This document shows, piece by piece, positions 63,147 through 64,000 of a DNA stretch of 64,000 bases; position 1 is the first letter of the stretch, and each line of letters starts with the position of its first letter. Made by a program: the position numbers and the translations under genes. The DNA is taken from IMG/VR virus record IMGVR_UViG_3300028833_005988, positions 1 through 64,000 of that record; one strand, 5' to 3'. The notes beneath the pieces are model-generated. The model saw only the letters and a list, made by a program, of their open reading frames with translations, was not told the DNA's origin and did not search any database. The DNA comes from a virus. Lineage: Duplodnaviria; Caudoviricetes.

Positions 63147-63698
63147 TCACTGCTTCAGCTTCAAACCGTCATGAAATGCTTTTCCGACGATTTCGCCTAC
63201 CACTCGGTATGCGTTGGCGGCAGGGTCGAAGATAATGGGACGCAGTTTGCCCAGATCCACCTTGCCGTCGTTGAGGATAGATTCGTCCGCTTGGGAGGCC
63301 ACGATCTCGCCGATGAGATAGCCCGTTTCCGGATTCCAGGAACGCACCTTGCACTCCAGGGTCAGCGGATATTCCTCAATGATCGGCGCATTGACATAAG
63401 CGCTCTTGTGAACATGACAACCGGCTTTTTCAATCTTATTGATCTTTTTTCCAGTTTCCACACCAAAGTAGTCGGAAATCAAGACGGTGTCTGCTGTGCC
63501 AAATGCAACGGTGAACGCCCCGGTTTTTTCAAAGTTTTCGGTAGTCTTGTGTTTAGACAGCATCAGGGTGATTTCACCCATGTCGCTCTGCATACCCCAG
63601 GCCGCATTCATGGCGTTGGGAGTACCGTTTTCATCATATGTGCCAATAATGAAAACGCCTTCTGGGGTAATGATGGCATGCTTTCCTTCGATTTCCAT
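63147..63698 (-). CDS. Flavin reductase family protein
   Basis: IIGTYDENGTPNAMNAAWG, APIIEEYPLTLEC, YLIGEIV. Confidence 0.85.
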   Translation of the reverse strand: MEIEGKHAIITPEGVFIIGTYDENGTPNAMNAAWGMQSDMGEITLMLSKHKTTENFEKTGAFTVAFGTADTVLISDYFGVETGKKINKIEKAGCHVHKSAYVNAPIIEEYPLTLECKVRSWNPETGYLIGEIVASQADESILNDGKVDLGKLRPIIFDPAANAYRVVGEIVGKAFHDGLKLKQ

Positions 63699-63711
63699 GA
63701 ATCTGGCTCCT

Positions 63712-63990
63712 TTACTTTTTTTCTACAGCGTCTTTCATGGCTTTGCCAGGCTTGAATGCAGGAGCTTTCTTCGCGGCGATCTTGATTTTTTCGCCAGTGC
63801 GGGGATTGCGCGCTTCGCGGGCGGTCTTACTCCGTACCTCAAAGGAACCAAAACCGGGAATGATGACTTTACCTTCTTTGACAAGTCCTTCAATGATGGC
63901 ATCCAGGGTCGCGTTGACGACCGAGTCAGCTTCTTTCTTAGTGATTTCCGCTTTGGAGGATACCGTTTCGATGAGTTCCCGTTTGTTCAT
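63712..63990 (-). CDS. hup: HU DNA-binding protein
   Basis: MNKRELI...GFGSFEVR...ARNPRTGE.IKI.AKKAPAFKPGK. Confidence 0.95.
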   Translation of the reverse strand: MNKRELIETVSSKAEITKKEADSVVNATLDAIIEGLVKEGKVIIPGFGSFEVRSKTAREARNPRTGEKIKIAAKKAPAFKPGKAMKDAVEKK

Positions 63991-64000
63991 GGAGATACCC

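Noticed and set aside
1-64000. Suppressor tRNA-CUA or any tRNA/rRNA gene
   Set aside because: No cloverleaf with a T-loop consensus found by eye in intergenic regions; a tRNA scan is required to exclude one.

Overview
The window looks like part of one large temperate siphophage or prophage of a Firmicute host (host and lifestyle inferred). It has three blocks. (1) 0.8-14.9 kb: a minus-strand morphogenesis operon (terminase, portal, scaffold, capsid, connectors, major tail, chaperones). It appears shattered in the ORF track only because all 17 genes carry in-frame TAG codons (39 counted in about 4,400 codons), while the genes end in TAA or TGA. The contexts point to TAG being read as Leu rather than the Gln known from recoded phages. 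(2) 15-35 kb: accessory cargo with three ECF sigma factors, a triplicated 343-bp module with SH3b/PG-binding proteins, two ORF-less group IIC introns inserted back-to-back at one hairpin, and an IS1182-family element. (3) 36-63 kb: a plus-strand early-type region (DUF2958-like, ArdC, HipA-like kinase, Gp88-like, tyrosine recombinase). It contains a stand-alone reverse transcriptase followed directly by a 1.85-kb non-coding array: ten ATCGTAAA-containing repeats about 140-210 nt apart, each preceded by a different long hairpin. An AT-rich insert encodes a protein fused to a ribosomal uS17-like domain. I found no tRNA, rRNA or CRISPR array. All family assignments come from motifs read by eye, not database searches.
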